A DNA stretch of 60,485 bases, the filler included. It is 4 parts of 4 records of this genome, joined end to end, with 100 filler letters (N's around TTAATTAATTAA, not from the genome) between each part and the next. Parts side by side here need not be neighbours in the genome. Positions count along the whole stretch, not along the records: positions 29,638 to 53,683 come from SRR2962707_2650; 3 more parts are not named here. One strand, written 5' to 3'. Shown here in pieces: positions 41,736 through 52,068 of this stretch. The position numbers and the translations under genes are program-made. The number at the start of each line of letters is the position of its first letter. Position 1 is the stretch's first letter. The notes under the pieces are model-generated. The model worked only from the letters and a program-made list of their open reading frames with translations, had not been told where the DNA came from and searched no databases.

Positions 41736-41790
41736 ATGTAAGTGGTTACACACTTACATTTCGGTAATGTAAGCGAGCACCCGCTTTCTT
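41736..41790. promoter_or_regulatory. Tandem palindromic operators upstream of the VIT/vWA gene
   Basis: ATGTAAGTG-GTTACA-CACTTACAT (41736-41759, perfect 9-bp arms) and ATGTAAGCG-AGCACC-CGCTTTCTT (41767-41790); same motif as at 38865. Confidence 0.8.
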
Positions 41791-41980
41791 CAAGAGAAAA
41801 TGCCCGGCAACGGCGCGCTGATGCTGAAAAGGGCGGCTTTCCGCTAGGAATCCGGCCGAAAAAGATCGAATGGAAAAGCGAAGCTGAGGAAAGCCGCGAA
41901 CATATCGGGCGGATGGATGAAATCCTCGCGAGCGCCTATATAGGACCCATCGCCATTCTCTTTCATCTTCGAGGTTCTCA

Positions 41981-43090
41981 ATGCTGACGACGGAAAAACT
42001 CTCCGAGCCGCTTTCGCTTGCACGCGGTCCCGCCATGAAAAACCGCTTCATGCTCGCCCCGCTCACCAACACGCAAAGCCACTCCGATGGCCGCCTGTCG
42101 GATGAAGAATTCCGCTGGCTGACCAAGCGCGCCGAAGGCGGCTTCGGCCTCACCATGACCTGCGCCGCCCATGTCCAGGCGGGCGGGCAGGGCTTCCCCG
42201 GCCAGCTCGGCGTCTGGGACGACCGTCACCTCGAAGGATTGACGCGGCTCGCCACGGCGATCAACGCGCAGGACTCCGTTTCCTCCGTGCAGCTTCACCA
42301 CGCGGGCATCCGTTCGCCGAAGGATCTGGTGGGCGATGTCGTCGGCGCTTCGGATGACAAGGACACGGGCGGCCGCGCGCTCACCACCGCCGAAGTCGAA
42401 AAGCTCCGCGACGACTTCATTGCCGCCGCGAAGCGCGCCGAGAAGGCGGGCTTCGACGGTGTCGAGGTTCACGGCGCGCATGGCTACATCCTCGCGCAGT
42501 TCCTCTCGCCGGAACTCAACCGGCGCGACGACGCTTACGGCGGCTCGCTCGAAAACCGCGCCCGCCTGATCTTCGAGATCGTCAACGGCATCCGCGCCGC
42601 CTGCCGCCCGGATTTCCAGCTCGGCATTCGTCTGTCCCCGGAACGCTTCGGCCTGAAGCTCGCCGAAGTGCGCGACGTCGCCGCCGAACTTCTTGCCGAT
42701 GCGAAGATCGACTTCCTCGATATGTCGCTCTGGGATGTGAAGAAGGAGCCGGTGGAAGAGGAATTCCATGGCCGCTCGCTGATGAGCGTCTTCACGGAAC
42801 TGCCGCGTGGGAACGTGCGCCTCGGCGCCGCGGGCAAGATCGCAAGTGCCGCTGACGCTGCCGCTGTGCTGGAAGCGGGCTGCGACTTCGCGGTGATCGG
42901 CCGCGCCGCGATTCTCCGCCACGATTTCCCGCGCCGCGTGGTTGCCGATCCTGCTTACACCTCGCCCGCGCTCCCGGTCACGGAACAACATCTCCGCGAC
43001 GAGGGCCTGAGCCCCGCCTTCGTCACCTACATGCGCAACTGGAAGGGCTTCGTCGCGGAAGAGGAGCAGAAGCGCGAAGAAGTAGCCTGA
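41981..43090 (+). CDS. NADH:flavin oxidoreductase (Old Yellow Enzyme family)
   Basis: KNRFMLAPLT, QLHHAG, GFDGVEVHGAHGYILAQFLSP, RRDDAYGGSLENR. Confidence 0.95.
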   Translation: MLTTEKLSEPLSLARGPAMKNRFMLAPLTNTQSHSDGRLSDEEFRWLTKRAEGGFGLTMTCAAHVQAGGQGFPGQLGVWDDRHLEGLTRLATAINAQDSVSSVQLHHAGIRSPKDLVGDVVGASDDKDTGGRALTTAEVEKLRDDFIAAAKRAEKAGFDGVEVHGAHGYILAQFLSPELNRRDDAYGGSLENRARLIFEIVNGIRAACRPDFQLGIRLSPERFGLKLAEVRDVAAELLADAKIDFLDMSLWDVKKEPVEEEFHGRSLMSVFTELPRGNVRLGAAGKIASAADAAAVLEAGCDFAVIGRAAILRHDFPRRVVADPAYTSPALPVTEQHLRDEGLSPAFVTYMRNWKGFVAEEEQKREEVA

Positions 43091-43093
43091 GCC

Positions 43094-46000
43094 TCACCAC
43101 GTATCGATGAACGCGCGGGTGGGTTTCGCTTCCATCGGCGGCAGCGATTTCAGCCCGCGCGTTATCCAGTGCCGCGTCTCCGCCGGATCGATCACCGCAT
43201 CGATTTCGAGGAACGACGCCATGTTGGTCGCCTTCCCGTTCTCGTAATAGCGGTCGACCATCTTGCGGTAGAAGGCGTCGCGCTCTTCGAGGTCTTCGAT
43301 CGCCTCCATCTCCCGGCGATAGCCGAGCCGGACCGCACCTTCGAGCCCCATCCCGCCGAACTCGCCCGTCGGCCAGGAGATGTTGAAGAACGGCGCGTGA
43401 AAACTCCCCGCCGTCATCGCCTGCGCGCCGAGCCCGTAGCCCTTGCGCAACACCACCGCAAACAGCGGCACGCTCATATTCGCCGCCGTCACGAACATGC
43501 GGCTGACGTGGCGCACCTGCGCTTCCTTCTCGATCTCCGGTCCCACCATGAAGCCCGGCGTGTCGCAGAGCGACAGGATCGGCAGCCCGAACGCATCGCA
43601 AAGCTGCATGAAGCGCGCCGCCTTGTCCGCCGCCTCCGCGTCGATGGCGCCGCCGAGATGATACGGGTTGTTCGCCATCAGCCCCATCGGGCGGCCTTCC
43701 ATGCGAATGAGCGCCGTCTTGATGCCAATGCCGAAATCCTTGCGCAGCTCCAGCACCGAGCCCTTGTCCGCCAGCCCCTCGATCACCTTGTCGACGTCAT
43801 AGGCGCGCAGCCGGTTCTCCGGGATCGCGTGGCGCAGCTCCCGCTGGTCGCCCGCCTCCCACTGCTCCACCGGCCCCTGGAAATACGACAGATACTTCTG
43901 GCAGGCGTCGATCGCCTCTTCCTCGTCCTTCACGAAAATATCGATCACGCCGTTCTTGCGGTGAACCTCCGCCGGGCCGACTTCCTCCGGCGTGTAAACG
44001 CCGAGCCCGCCGCCCTCGATCATCGCGGGCCCGCCCATGCCGATATTGGAATCCGCCGTCGCGATGATGACGTCGCAGCAGCCGAGCAGCGCCGCATTGC
44101 CCGCAAAGCACCGCCCCGCCGTCATGCCGACAAGCGGCACCTTGCCCGATAGCGTCGCAAACGTATGGAAGCTCGGCGTGTCGAGCCCGGCAACGCCCGC
44201 CGTGTCCGTGTCGCCCGGCCGTCCGCCGCCGCCTTCCGCGAGCAGCACGATGGGCAGCTTCTGGTCCCGCGCCAGAAACAGCATGCGGTCCATCTTCTTG
44301 TGGTTCATCGCGCCCTGCGTGCCCGCGAACACGGTGAAGTCGTAGCCCATCACCATCGCGCGCGCCTTCTCCTCGCCGAAGAGCGAGGCGTTGACGGTAC
44401 CGATGCCGGAAACAAGCCCGTCCGCCGGGCTCATTTTCACAAGCTCCTCCATTGAGCGCCGCCTGCGCTGCGCGGCCAGCGCCAGCGCGCCATATTCGAT
44501 GAAGCTCCCCTCGTCGCAGAGATGGTCGATGTTCTCGCGCACGGTCCGCTGGTTGCGCTTGCGCCGCCGCGCGACAGCATCGGGCCTGTTCTCGTCGAGC
44601 CCCACCGCGTGCCGGTCGATGACGTGCTGCAGGTCGGGGCGGATGTAATCGGGATCGACCGCTTCTTCGCTCACCGCCGCCGCGTCGTCGCCCGCGCCCT
44701 CTTCGATGAAGAGGATCGGCTCCCCCTCCATCAGCGTCGCGTTCTGAACCGCCGCAATCTTCCGCACCGTGCCGCCGAAAGGTGCCGCGATGGTGTGCTC
44801 CATCTTCATCGCTTCAAGCACGGCGATCTGCTGCCCCTTCGCCACGCGCGCGCCTTCCGCCACATCGACGGAAATGACCTTCCCCTGCATCGACGAGGGA
44901 ACGGGCGTCGTCCCCGCCGGTCCTTCCACATGCTTCGCCGCCGCTGCGCCCGCGCCGTTGCCGCCGGTGAAGTAGCGTCCGGGCGTCGCCTCCGCCTTCG
45001 CGAGTTCGCCCGCATGGTCGGCGATGAAGCCCGTGCTCACCTCGTTTGCCTGCACGTCGTCCCGCGCCAGCAGCGCCTGCAGGAACGAAAGGTTCGTCGT
45101 CACGCCCTCAATCTGGAATTCGCTCAGCGCGCGCCGCGCCCGCGCGACCGCGTCGCCATAGGAAGGCGAGGGCGAATGCGCAATCAGCTTCGCCAGCAGC
45201 GAGTCATAGTTCGGGCTCGTGCGATATCCGGCATAGCCGAACGTGTCGACGCGAATGCCCGGTCCTGATGGCGGCGCGAAACTGTTGAGCACGCCCCCCG
45301 TCGGCACCGCTTCTCCCGTCTCGCTCATCCGCTCCATGTTGACGCGAAGCTGGATTGCATAGCCGCGGGGGCTCGGCGTCTCCGTCAGCCCGACCTCCTT
45401 CAGCGTCGCACCCGCCGCGATCCGAAGCTGCGTCTTCACAAGATCGACGCCCGTCACTTCTTCGGTAACGGTATGCTCCACCTGCAATCGCGGGTTCGCC
45501 TCCATGAAGGCAATCGCCGCATCTGCCGACTTCGCTTCCATGTCGATCAGAAACTCGAACGTGCCGAGCCCCTTGTAGGCCGCAGCCCTCGCGAGCTTCC
45601 GCGCCGCCTCCACCAGCCGCTTGCGCATCGCGCCGTCCAGCGTCGGGCTCGGCGCGATTTCCACCACCTTCTGGTTCCGCCGCTGCAGCGTGCATTCGCG
45701 CTCGCCGAGATCGATCACGTCTTTCCCGTCGCCCACGATCTGGATTTCGATGTGCCGCGCTTTCCGCACCAGCTTCTCGGCATAAAGGTCGCCGCTGCCG
45801 AATGCCGCCGTCGCTTCCGAGCGGCATCGTTCATAGGCTTCTGCCAGATCCTTCGCGTCGCTCACCGGCCGCATGCCGCGCCCGCCGCCGCCCGCCAGCG
45901 CCTTCAGCATGATCGGCGCGCCGCCGAGCTTTTCCATAAAGGCCCGCGCTTCGTCGAGGCTTGTCGCCCCGTTGGTGCCCGGAAAAAGCGCCACGCCCTC

Positions 46001-46369
46001 TTTCTCCGCCAGCGCTCGTGCCGCGGCCTTGTCGCCGAACAGTCTCAGCGCCTCGGGCGAAGGTCCGACAAAGGTAATCCCTGCCTTCGCACACGCGTCG
46101 GCAAAGTCCGCATTCTCGCTCAGGAAGCCGTATCCCGGATGGATCGCGTCGCATCCGGCTTGCCTCGCCTCCGCCACGATCTGCGCAATGTCGAGATAAG
46201 CCGCCGCCCCCGTTCCGGTCAGCGGCAGCGCCTCGTCGGCAGCGCGCACATGCAGCGACAGCGCATCATCCTCCGCATAGACGGCGACGGTACGCAATCC
46301 GAGTTCGGAACCCGCGCGCGCGATGCGCACGGCAATCTCGCCGCGATTGGCGATCAACAGGCTTTTCAT
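43094..46369 (-). CDS. Single-chain biotin-dependent acyl-CoA carboxylase (BC-BCCP-CT, LCC-like)
   Basis: LIANRGEIA, HPGYGFLSE, GGGGRGMR, EANPRLQVEH (BC); EAMKME (biotinyl Lys); DFTVFAGT, CDTPGFMVG (CT). Confidence 0.93.
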   Translation of the reverse strand: MKSLLIANRGEIAVRIARAGSELGLRTVAVYAEDDALSLHVRAADEALPLTGTGAAAYLDIAQIVAEARQAGCDAIHPGYGFLSENADFADACAKAGITFVGPSPEALRLFGDKAAARALAEKEGVALFPGTNGATSLDEARAFMEKLGGAPIMLKALAGGGGRGMRPVSDAKDLAEAYERCRSEATAAFGSGDLYAEKLVRKARHIEIQIVGDGKDVIDLGERECTLQRRNQKVVEIAPSPTLDGAMRKRLVEAARKLARAAAYKGLGTFEFLIDMEAKSADAAIAFMEANPRLQVEHTVTEEVTGVDLVKTQLRIAAGATLKEVGLTETPSPRGYAIQLRVNMERMSETGEAVPTGGVLNSFAPPSGPGIRVDTFGYAGYRTSPNYDSLLAKLIAHSPSPSYGDAVARARRALSEFQIEGVTTNLSFLQALLARDDVQANEVSTGFIADHAGELAKAEATPGRYFTGGNGAGAAAAKHVEGPAGTTPVPSSMQGKVISVDVAEGARVAKGQQIAVLEAMKMEHTIAAPFGGTVRKIAAVQNATLMEGEPILFIEEGAGDDAAAVSEEAVDPDYIRPDLQHVIDRHAVGLDENRPDAVARRRKRNQRTVRENIDHLCDEGSFIEYGALALAAQRRRRSMEELVKMSPADGLVSGIGTVNASLFGEEKARAMVMGYDFTVFAGTQGAMNHKKMDRMLFLARDQKLPIVLLAEGGGGRPGDTDTAGVAGLDTPSFHTFATLSGKVPLVGMTAGRCFAGNAALLGCCDVIIATADSNIGMGGPAMIEGGGLGVYTPEEVGPAEVHRKNGVIDIFVKDEEEAIDACQKYLSYFQGPVEQWEAGDQRELRHAIPENRLRAYDVDKVIEGLADKGSVLELRKDFGIGIKTALIRMEGRPMGLMANNPYHLGGAIDAEAADKAARFMQLCDAFGLPILSLCDTPGFMVGPEIEKEAQVRHVSRMFVTAANMSVPLFAVVLRKGYGLGAQAMTAGSFHAPFFNISWPTGEFGGMGLEGAVRLGYRREMEAIEDLEERDAFYRKMVDRYYENGKATNMASFLEIDAVIDPAETRHWITRGLKSLPPMEAKPTRAFIDTW

Positions 46370-46513
46370 GGGATAGGGCCTCCCTTGCCCCGGAATTTCT
46401 TTTATCAATTTGAGTAGGGAGGTCGGCGGGGCCTGTCAAATCCTCGCGGCGCCGATAGCCGGCCGGGAGGCCGCCGGAAACGGACAGCTCCTTCGAATCT
46501 TTCTCCGTTCATT

Positions 46514-46538
46514 GGAACAACTCAAAGCTGGGCCGGTT
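46514..46538 (+). promoter_or_regulatory. Putative EcfG (general stress sigma) promoter of katE
   Basis: GGAAC-N17-GTT about 80 nt upstream of the katE start. Confidence 0.55.
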
Positions 46539-46616
46539 AAAGAACTGCAGTATCCACGGCAAGGGCCCCGCCTCATCGCGCGGGGCAGGGGCGTTCCCAG
46601 TGCAAGAGAGGGTCTT

Positions 46617-48734
46617 ATGGTGAACCGCAGCAAGAACGAAGGCTTCAACGACGCGACTTTCGCGGACCAGACGGTAAAGCGCGGAGCGGGCGGCGAAACG
46701 CACCAGACGAGCGAAGGCGACACGCCCGTGCTCACGACGCAGCAGGGTACCCCCGTTTCCGACGACCAGAATTCACTGAGGGCCGGCAGCCGGGGACCGA
46801 CGCTCCTCGAAGATCAGCACTTTCGCGAGAAAATCTTCCACTTCGATCACGAGCGCATTCCCGAACGCGTGGTTCACGCGCGCGGCTTCGGCGCGCGCGG
46901 CTATTTCGAGACCTACGAGTCGCTCTCCGACATCACCAGCGCCGACATCTTTCAGCGCGCGGGCGAGAAAACCGAGGCTTTCGTCCGCTTTTCCACCGTG
47001 GCGGGCAACAAGGGTTCGGCCGATCTCGCGCGCGATGTGCGCGGCTTCGCGGTGAAGCTCTACACGAAGGAAGGAAACTGGGACATCGTCGGCAACAACA
47101 TCCCTGTTTTCTTCATTCAGGACGCCATCAAGTTCCCGGATCTGATCCACGCCGCAAAACAGGAGCCGGATCGCGGCTTTCCCCAGGCGCAGACCGCGCA
47201 TGACAATTTCTGGGACTTCATATCCTTGACGCCCGAAGCGATGAACATGGCGCTCTGGATTATGTCGGACCGCACCATCCCGCGTTCCTTCCGCTTCATG
47301 GAAGGCTTCGGCGTGCATACTTTCCGCCTGGTCAATGCCAAGGGAAAATCGACCTTCGTCAAATTCCACTGGAAGCCGAAGCAGGGTCTTCAGTCCGTCG
47401 TCTGGAACGAGGCGCTGAAGCTCAATGGTGCCGACCCGGACTTTCACCGCCGGGATCTCTGGGACGCGATCCAGTCCGGTGACTATCCCGAATGGGAACT
47501 CGGCCTTCAGCTCTTCGATGAGGATTTCGCGGACAGTTTCGACTTCGACGTGCTCGACGCAACCAAGATCATCCCCGAGGAGGAAGTGCCGATCCGCATC
47601 ATTGGCCGGCTTGTGCTCGACAGCTGCGTCGATAATTTCTTCGCCGAGACGGAGCAGGTCGCCTTCCAGACAGGCAGCATCGTGCCGGGCATCGACTTCA
47701 CCGACGATCCACTCCTGCAGGGCCGCAACTTCTCCTACCTCGATACACAGCTGAAGCGGCTCGGCAGCACGAACTTCACGCATCTGCCGGTCAATGCGCC
47801 GCGCTGTCCCTTCCATCACTTCCAGCAGGACGGCCATATGGCCTTCCATAATCCCGTCGGCCGCGCCAATTATGAGCCGAACTCATGGGGCGAGGAGGGC
47901 GGTCCCCGCGAAAGCCCGGAAAAGGGCTTCCGTTCATACCCGGAACAGGTTGAAGGCGAGAAGCGGCGCGTGCGCTCCGAAACCTTCGCGGATCACTACA
48001 GCCAGGCGCGCCAGTTCTATCTCTCGCAGACCGAGGTCGAACAGGGCCACATCGCCGCCGCCTTCACCTTCGAACTCTCCAAGGTCGAGACCCCGGCGAT
48101 CCGCGCGCGCATGGTCTCTCACCTCCGCAATGTTGATGAAGATCTCGCGCAGTCGGTCGCGGATGGGTTGAGGTTGAAGGAAATGCCGGATGCAGCCGAT
48201 CCGGCAATGCCCGTGAAGGAGCTCGAGCAGTCGCCGAAGCTTTCGATCCTGCTTAACGGGCCGGAGAGCTTCGCGGGCCGCAAGATCGGCGTCCTCGTCA
48301 CCGATGGTGTCGATGCTTCCGTCCTCGAAGAGCTGAAGAGCGAAGCGGAGAACGAAGGCGCGATGGTCGAGATCGTTGCGCCCATGGTCGGCGGCGTCGA
48401 AGCGAGCGACGGCAGCTGGATCGAGGCGAAGCAGAAGGTCGATGGCGGCCCCTCGGTCCTCTATGACGCCGTCGCCGTGCTTACCTCCGAGGAAGGCGCG
48501 AAACTTCTTTCGAAGTTGCCGCCCGCCCGCGACTTCGTCACCGACGCTTTCGCCCATGTGAAGTTCATCGCCTATTCGCCCGAGGCGATGCCGCTCTTCG
48601 AGGCGACAGGTATCGCGCCGGAAATGGACGAGGGTTTCGTCGAATTGACGCCGGAATCCGGTGCGCGGGCTTTCCTTGAGGCCTGCCGGGACCTGCGCTA
48701 CTGGGCCCGCGAACCGCGCATCACGCTGGGCTGA
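46617..48734 (+). CDS. katE: Large-subunit monofunctional catalase HPII
   Basis: [34 protein letters not shown]-terminal GATase-like domain. Confidence 0.97.
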   Translation: MVNRSKNEGFNDATFADQTVKRGAGGETHQTSEGDTPVLTTQQGTPVSDDQNSLRAGSRGPTLLEDQHFREKIFHFDHERIPERVVHARGFGARGYFETYESLSDITSADIFQRAGEKTEAFVRFSTVAGNKGSADLARDVRGFAVKLYTKEGNWDIVGNNIPVFFIQDAIKFPDLIHAAKQEPDRGFPQAQTAHDNFWDFISLTPEAMNMALWIMSDRTIPRSFRFMEGFGVHTFRLVNAKGKSTFVKFHWKPKQGLQSVVWNEALKLNGADPDFHRRDLWDAIQSGDYPEWELGLQLFDEDFADSFDFDVLDATKIIPEEEVPIRIIGRLVLDSCVDNFFAETEQVAFQTGSIVPGIDFTDDPLLQGRNFSYLDTQLKRLGSTNFTHLPVNAPRCPFHHFQQDGHMAFHNPVGRANYEPNSWGEEGGPRESPEKGFRSYPEQVEGEKRRVRSETFADHYSQARQFYLSQTEVEQGHIAAAFTFELSKVETPAIRARMVSHLRNVDEDLAQSVADGLRLKEMPDAADPAMPVKELEQSPKLSILLNGPESFAGRKIGVLVTDGVDASVLEELKSEAENEGAMVEIVAPMVGGVEASDGSWIEAKQKVDGGPSVLYDAVAVLTSEEGAKLLSKLPPARDFVTDAFAHVKFIAYSPEAMPLFEATGIAPEMDEGFVELTPESGARAFLEACRDLRYWAREPRITLG

Positions 48735-48865
48735 GACCGTGTGATGACCGCTTGCCTTCCCCCTCCGGGTCTCTCCCGGAGGCGGGAAAGGAAGCGGACG
48801 AAGCTTGCCCTGAAAATCGATCGCGATTGTAGCCGGTCGAGAGCCGCCCCATCTCAACTTCGCGC

Positions 48866-49483
48866 TCAGGCTGCGCTGGCGAGCTTGCGCGCCTTTGCCG
48901 GGCTCATGCCCAGCAGCCGCAGGATGCTTTCGCATGTCTCCCGGTTCACGTCAGCGTTTCCCCCGCTCTGAAGCCGTGTCCGCAGCGCCACGCCGATCAG
49001 CGCCGCCACCTGGTCGAGCATGAAAACCGTCACCGCGACATCGAGCTTCCCTTGCTCGACGCCGCGCTCGATGTCGCTCCGGAGATAGTGATAGATGTCG
49101 CGCCGCACATCGGGCAGGTGTTCGGCGCTGCCGAGCAGCACATGCGCCCAGTCGGGCTCTCCCGTCACGATCTCGATGAAGCGCGTGGTCGCCGTCACGA
49201 CGCGCCGGGCCCCGTCCTCGATCCCGCTCATTTCCTCGTCGAGCTGCCGGCTCACCGCCAGCGCAATCCCGTAGGCCGCCTCGCGGAGAATTTCTTCCTT
49301 GTCCTTGAAGTAGTTGTAGAAAGTCCCGTTCGCGAGCCCCGCGGCCTCCGTAATGTCGAGGATTTTCGCGGCCTCCATCCCCTTCGCCGCCACCACGCTG
49401 ACAGTCGCGTCGAGCAGCGCCGAGCGTGTCCGCTCGCGCTTGCCGCCGCCCATCGTCTGCTCCTGGAAGTGTCCTTGCCGCAC
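48866..49483 (-). CDS. TetR-family regulator
   Basis: KRERTRSALLDA..ITEAAGLANGTFYNYFKDKE; GTG start after GAGGAGG (alternative ATG 49453). Confidence 0.9.
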   Translation of the reverse strand: MRQGHFQEQTMGGGKRERTRSALLDATVSVVAAKGMEAAKILDITEAAGLANGTFYNYFKDKEEILREAAYGIALAVSRQLDEEMSGIEDGARRVVTATTRFIEIVTGEPDWAHVLLGSAEHLPDVRRDIYHYLRSDIERGVEQGKLDVAVTVFMLDQVAALIGVALRTRLQSGGNADVNRETCESILRLLGMSPAKARKLASAA

Positions 49484-49526
49484 GTCTGCCTCCTCTCGCA
49501 CGGCGCAGGATAGCGCGGGGCCGGGC

Positions 49527-49576
49527 TTGACAAAAGCCATTTCTGAGATGTATCTCAAATATGAGAGTAATCTCAT
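49527..49576. promoter_or_regulatory. Sigma70 -35 element and tandem TetR-type operators
   Basis: TTGACA 49527-49532; TGAGAT-GT-ATCTCA (49544-49557) and ATGAGA-GTAA-TCTCAT (49561-49576). Confidence 0.75.
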
Positions 49577-49590
49577 TTTATGGAGCGCGC

Positions 49591-51264
49591 ATGTCCCGCC
49601 TTCCCGTTCTCATTGCCGGCGCCGGTCCGGTCGGCTGCCTCGCCGCCCTTCTCCTCGCCCGCCAGGGGATCGTGTCCCGTCTGGTCGACAGGCGGCCGAG
49701 GCCCTCCTCGGCGCCGAAGGCCCATGCGGTGAACCCGCGCACGCTCGAAATCTGCGAGAGCGCGGGTGTTTCCGCCGCTGCCCTTCGCCGCGCGGGCGCA
49801 AGCGCCAACGATGCCGGTTTCGTCCGCTTCATGGGCACGCTGGCAGGCCCCGAATTCGGCGCCCTGCCATATGAGCGGCAGGACGATGCGGCGCTCGCCC
49901 ACACGCCCTTTCCGCTGACCAACATCCCCCAGCCGAAATTCGAGGCCGCCTTGTTCAAGGCGGTGGAAGCCGAGCCGCTCATCTCGTTTGAACGCGGGGT
50001 CGCCTGTACGGCGGTGGAGGAACATCCCGAAGGCATCGTCGCAACGCTTGCAGGCGAGCGCGAAACCTCGCAGCTCGATTGCAGCTATGTCGTCGCCGCC
50101 GATGGCGCGGGCTCGCGGCTCCGCGAAGCGCTGGGCATCGTGATGGAAGGCCCCGAAGCCCTCCAGCACTACATCATGATCCATTTCGAGGCCGATCTGC
50201 GCGAACTCACCGCCGCGCGTCCCGGCGTTCTCTACTTTCTCTTCGACCCGGCCACGAGCGGCGTCCTCATCGCTTATGATCGCGCGAATACCTGGGTGAT
50301 GATGCATCCCTTCGATCCGGCGGTGGAAGCGCCGGAAACTTTCGATGACGCGAAATGCAGCCCGCTGGTCGAAGCCGCGATCGCCAACCCGGCGCCTTTC
50401 ACCATCCGCAACATCAGCCCATGGGCCATGTCGGCGCAGATCGCGGCGCGTTATCGCAAGGGCCGCGTCTTCCTCGCGGGCGACGCCGCGCATCGTTTTC
50501 CGCCGACCGGCGGCCTCGGCCTCAACACCGGCGCGGTCGATGCACAAAACCTCGCCTGGAAACTCGCCGCTGTTCTGAAGGGTGAGGCGGGTGCAGCTCT
50601 TCTCGACACTTACGAGACAGAGCGCCGCCCCGTCGCCATCGCGAACAGCGAACAGAGCCTCATGAATGCGGCAAAGCTCTTCGATCTTTTCGGCGTTCTC
50701 TACGGTGCGGACCCCGCCCGCGTGATGGAACATTACGGCGCGCTCGCGGCAGACCCCGCCGCGAGCGCGGAGCTTCCCGCCGCCATCGAGGCGCAGCGTC
50801 CGCATTTCGACAGCTTCAATCTCCAGCTCGGTTATCGCTATGCGTCAGCCGCGCTCGCCGATGCGCCGCCGCTGATCCCGGCTTCAGAAATCGACATCAG
50901 CGATTACCGGCCCTCATGGGATGTCGGCGCGTATCTGCCGCATCGCTGGGTCTCGCGCGGTGGCGAAGAAGTGTCGCTTCTTTCCCTGCGGGATCCCGCC
51001 CGCTTCACCTTGCTTGCCGGTCCCGCCGCTTCCGCCTGGCGCAAGGCCGCGGAAGGTCTCGGTCTCGCCACGATCTCCTCCGGCTGCCATTTCACGGATG
51101 AAGAGGACTGGCCCGCGCTCACCGGCTTGCCCGGCGAAGGCGCATTGCTCATCCGGCCGGACGGTCACATCGCCTGCCGCTTCGGCGCGGCGGAAGACGC
51201 GCCGCGCCATCTCGCGCGCGTCATGGGTTCTCTTCTCGCTCTTTCGCATTTCGCACTCGCCTGA
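49591..51264 (+). CDS. FAD-dependent aromatic monooxygenase (PheA/TfdB family)
   Basis: IAGAGPVG, AADGAGS, GRVFLAGDAAHRFPPTGGLGLNTG, C-terminal LIRPDGH. Confidence 0.93.
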   Translation: MSRLPVLIAGAGPVGCLAALLLARQGIVSRLVDRRPRPSSAPKAHAVNPRTLEICESAGVSAAALRRAGASANDAGFVRFMGTLAGPEFGALPYERQDDAALAHTPFPLTNIPQPKFEAALFKAVEAEPLISFERGVACTAVEEHPEGIVATLAGERETSQLDCSYVVAADGAGSRLREALGIVMEGPEALQHYIMIHFEADLRELTAARPGVLYFLFDPATSGVLIAYDRANTWVMMHPFDPAVEAPETFDDAKCSPLVEAAIANPAPFTIRNISPWAMSAQIAARYRKGRVFLAGDAAHRFPPTGGLGLNTGAVDAQNLAWKLAAVLKGEAGAALLDTYETERRPVAIANSEQSLMNAAKLFDLFGVLYGADPARVMEHYGALAADPAASAELPAAIEAQRPHFDSFNLQLGYRYASAALADAPPLIPASEIDISDYRPSWDVGAYLPHRWVSRGGEEVSLLSLRDPARFTLLAGPAASAWRKAAEGLGLATISSGCHFTDEEDWPALTGLPGEGALLIRPDGHIACRFGAAEDAPRHLARVMGSLLALSHFALA

Positions 51265-51277
51265 CAGGAAGCGTTTC

Positions 51278-52057
51278 ATGGATCTCGGATTGACGGACAG
51301 GACGGCAATCGTTTGTGCCTCCTCGCGCGGCCTCGGCAAGGCTTGCGCCACCGCGCTCGCGCGCGAAGGCGTGCATGTCGTCGTCAACGGGCGCAGCGCC
51401 GAAAGTCTCGACAAGGCGGCTTATGAAATTTCGTCGGGGGCGAAAGGCTCGGTCACGCCCATCGTCGCCGACCTCAACACGGAGGAGGGCAGGGCGAAGC
51501 TCATCGCCGCCTGTCCCGACGCCGACATTCTCGTGAACAATAATGACGGTCCGCCGCCCGGCAATTTCGCTCAATGGGGCGAGGCCGAATGGCGCGCCGC
51601 GCTCGACGCCAACATGCTGGCGCCGCTCTTCATGATAAAGGCGCTGATGGAAGGCATGAAGGAGCGGCGCTTCGGCCGCATCGTCAATATCACCTCGGCC
51701 ATGGTGAAGGCGCCGCGCTCCGTCATGGGGCTCTCGACCGCCGCGCGTTCCGGCCTCACCGCCATGTGCAAGGGGCTCTCGGTCGATCTTGCGCCCTTCA
51801 ACATCACGATCAACAACATGCTGCCCGAGCGGTTCGACACGGATCGCCAGAAAAAAATGGCCGAGCTCGCCATGGCCTTCAAGAAAATCACGATGGAAGA
51901 AGCGCGCGCCGAAATCGAAGCGTCGATTGCGGCTAAGCGCATGGGCGATCCTTCGGAGTTCGGCGATGCCTGCGCCTTTCTCTGCAGTGCGCAGGCAGGC
52001 TTCATCACCGGACAGAACCTCCAGCTCGATGGCGGCACCTATCCCGGTCTCATCTGA
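51278..52057 (+). CDS. SDR oxidoreductase (atypical active site)
   Basis: CASSRGLG, NNDGPPPG, NITS, STAARSGL, GQNLQLDGG. Confidence 0.9.
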   Translation: MDLGLTDRTAIVCASSRGLGKACATALAREGVHVVVNGRSAESLDKAAYEISSGAKGSVTPIVADLNTEEGRAKLIAACPDADILVNNNDGPPPGNFAQWGEAEWRAALDANMLAPLFMIKALMEGMKERRFGRIVNITSAMVKAPRSVMGLSTAARSGLTAMCKGLSVDLAPFNITINNMLPERFDTDRQKKMAELAMAFKKITMEEARAEIEASIAAKRMGDPSEFGDACAFLCSAQAGFITGQNLQLDGGTYPGLI

Positions 52058-52068
52058 GGAAACGGAAA

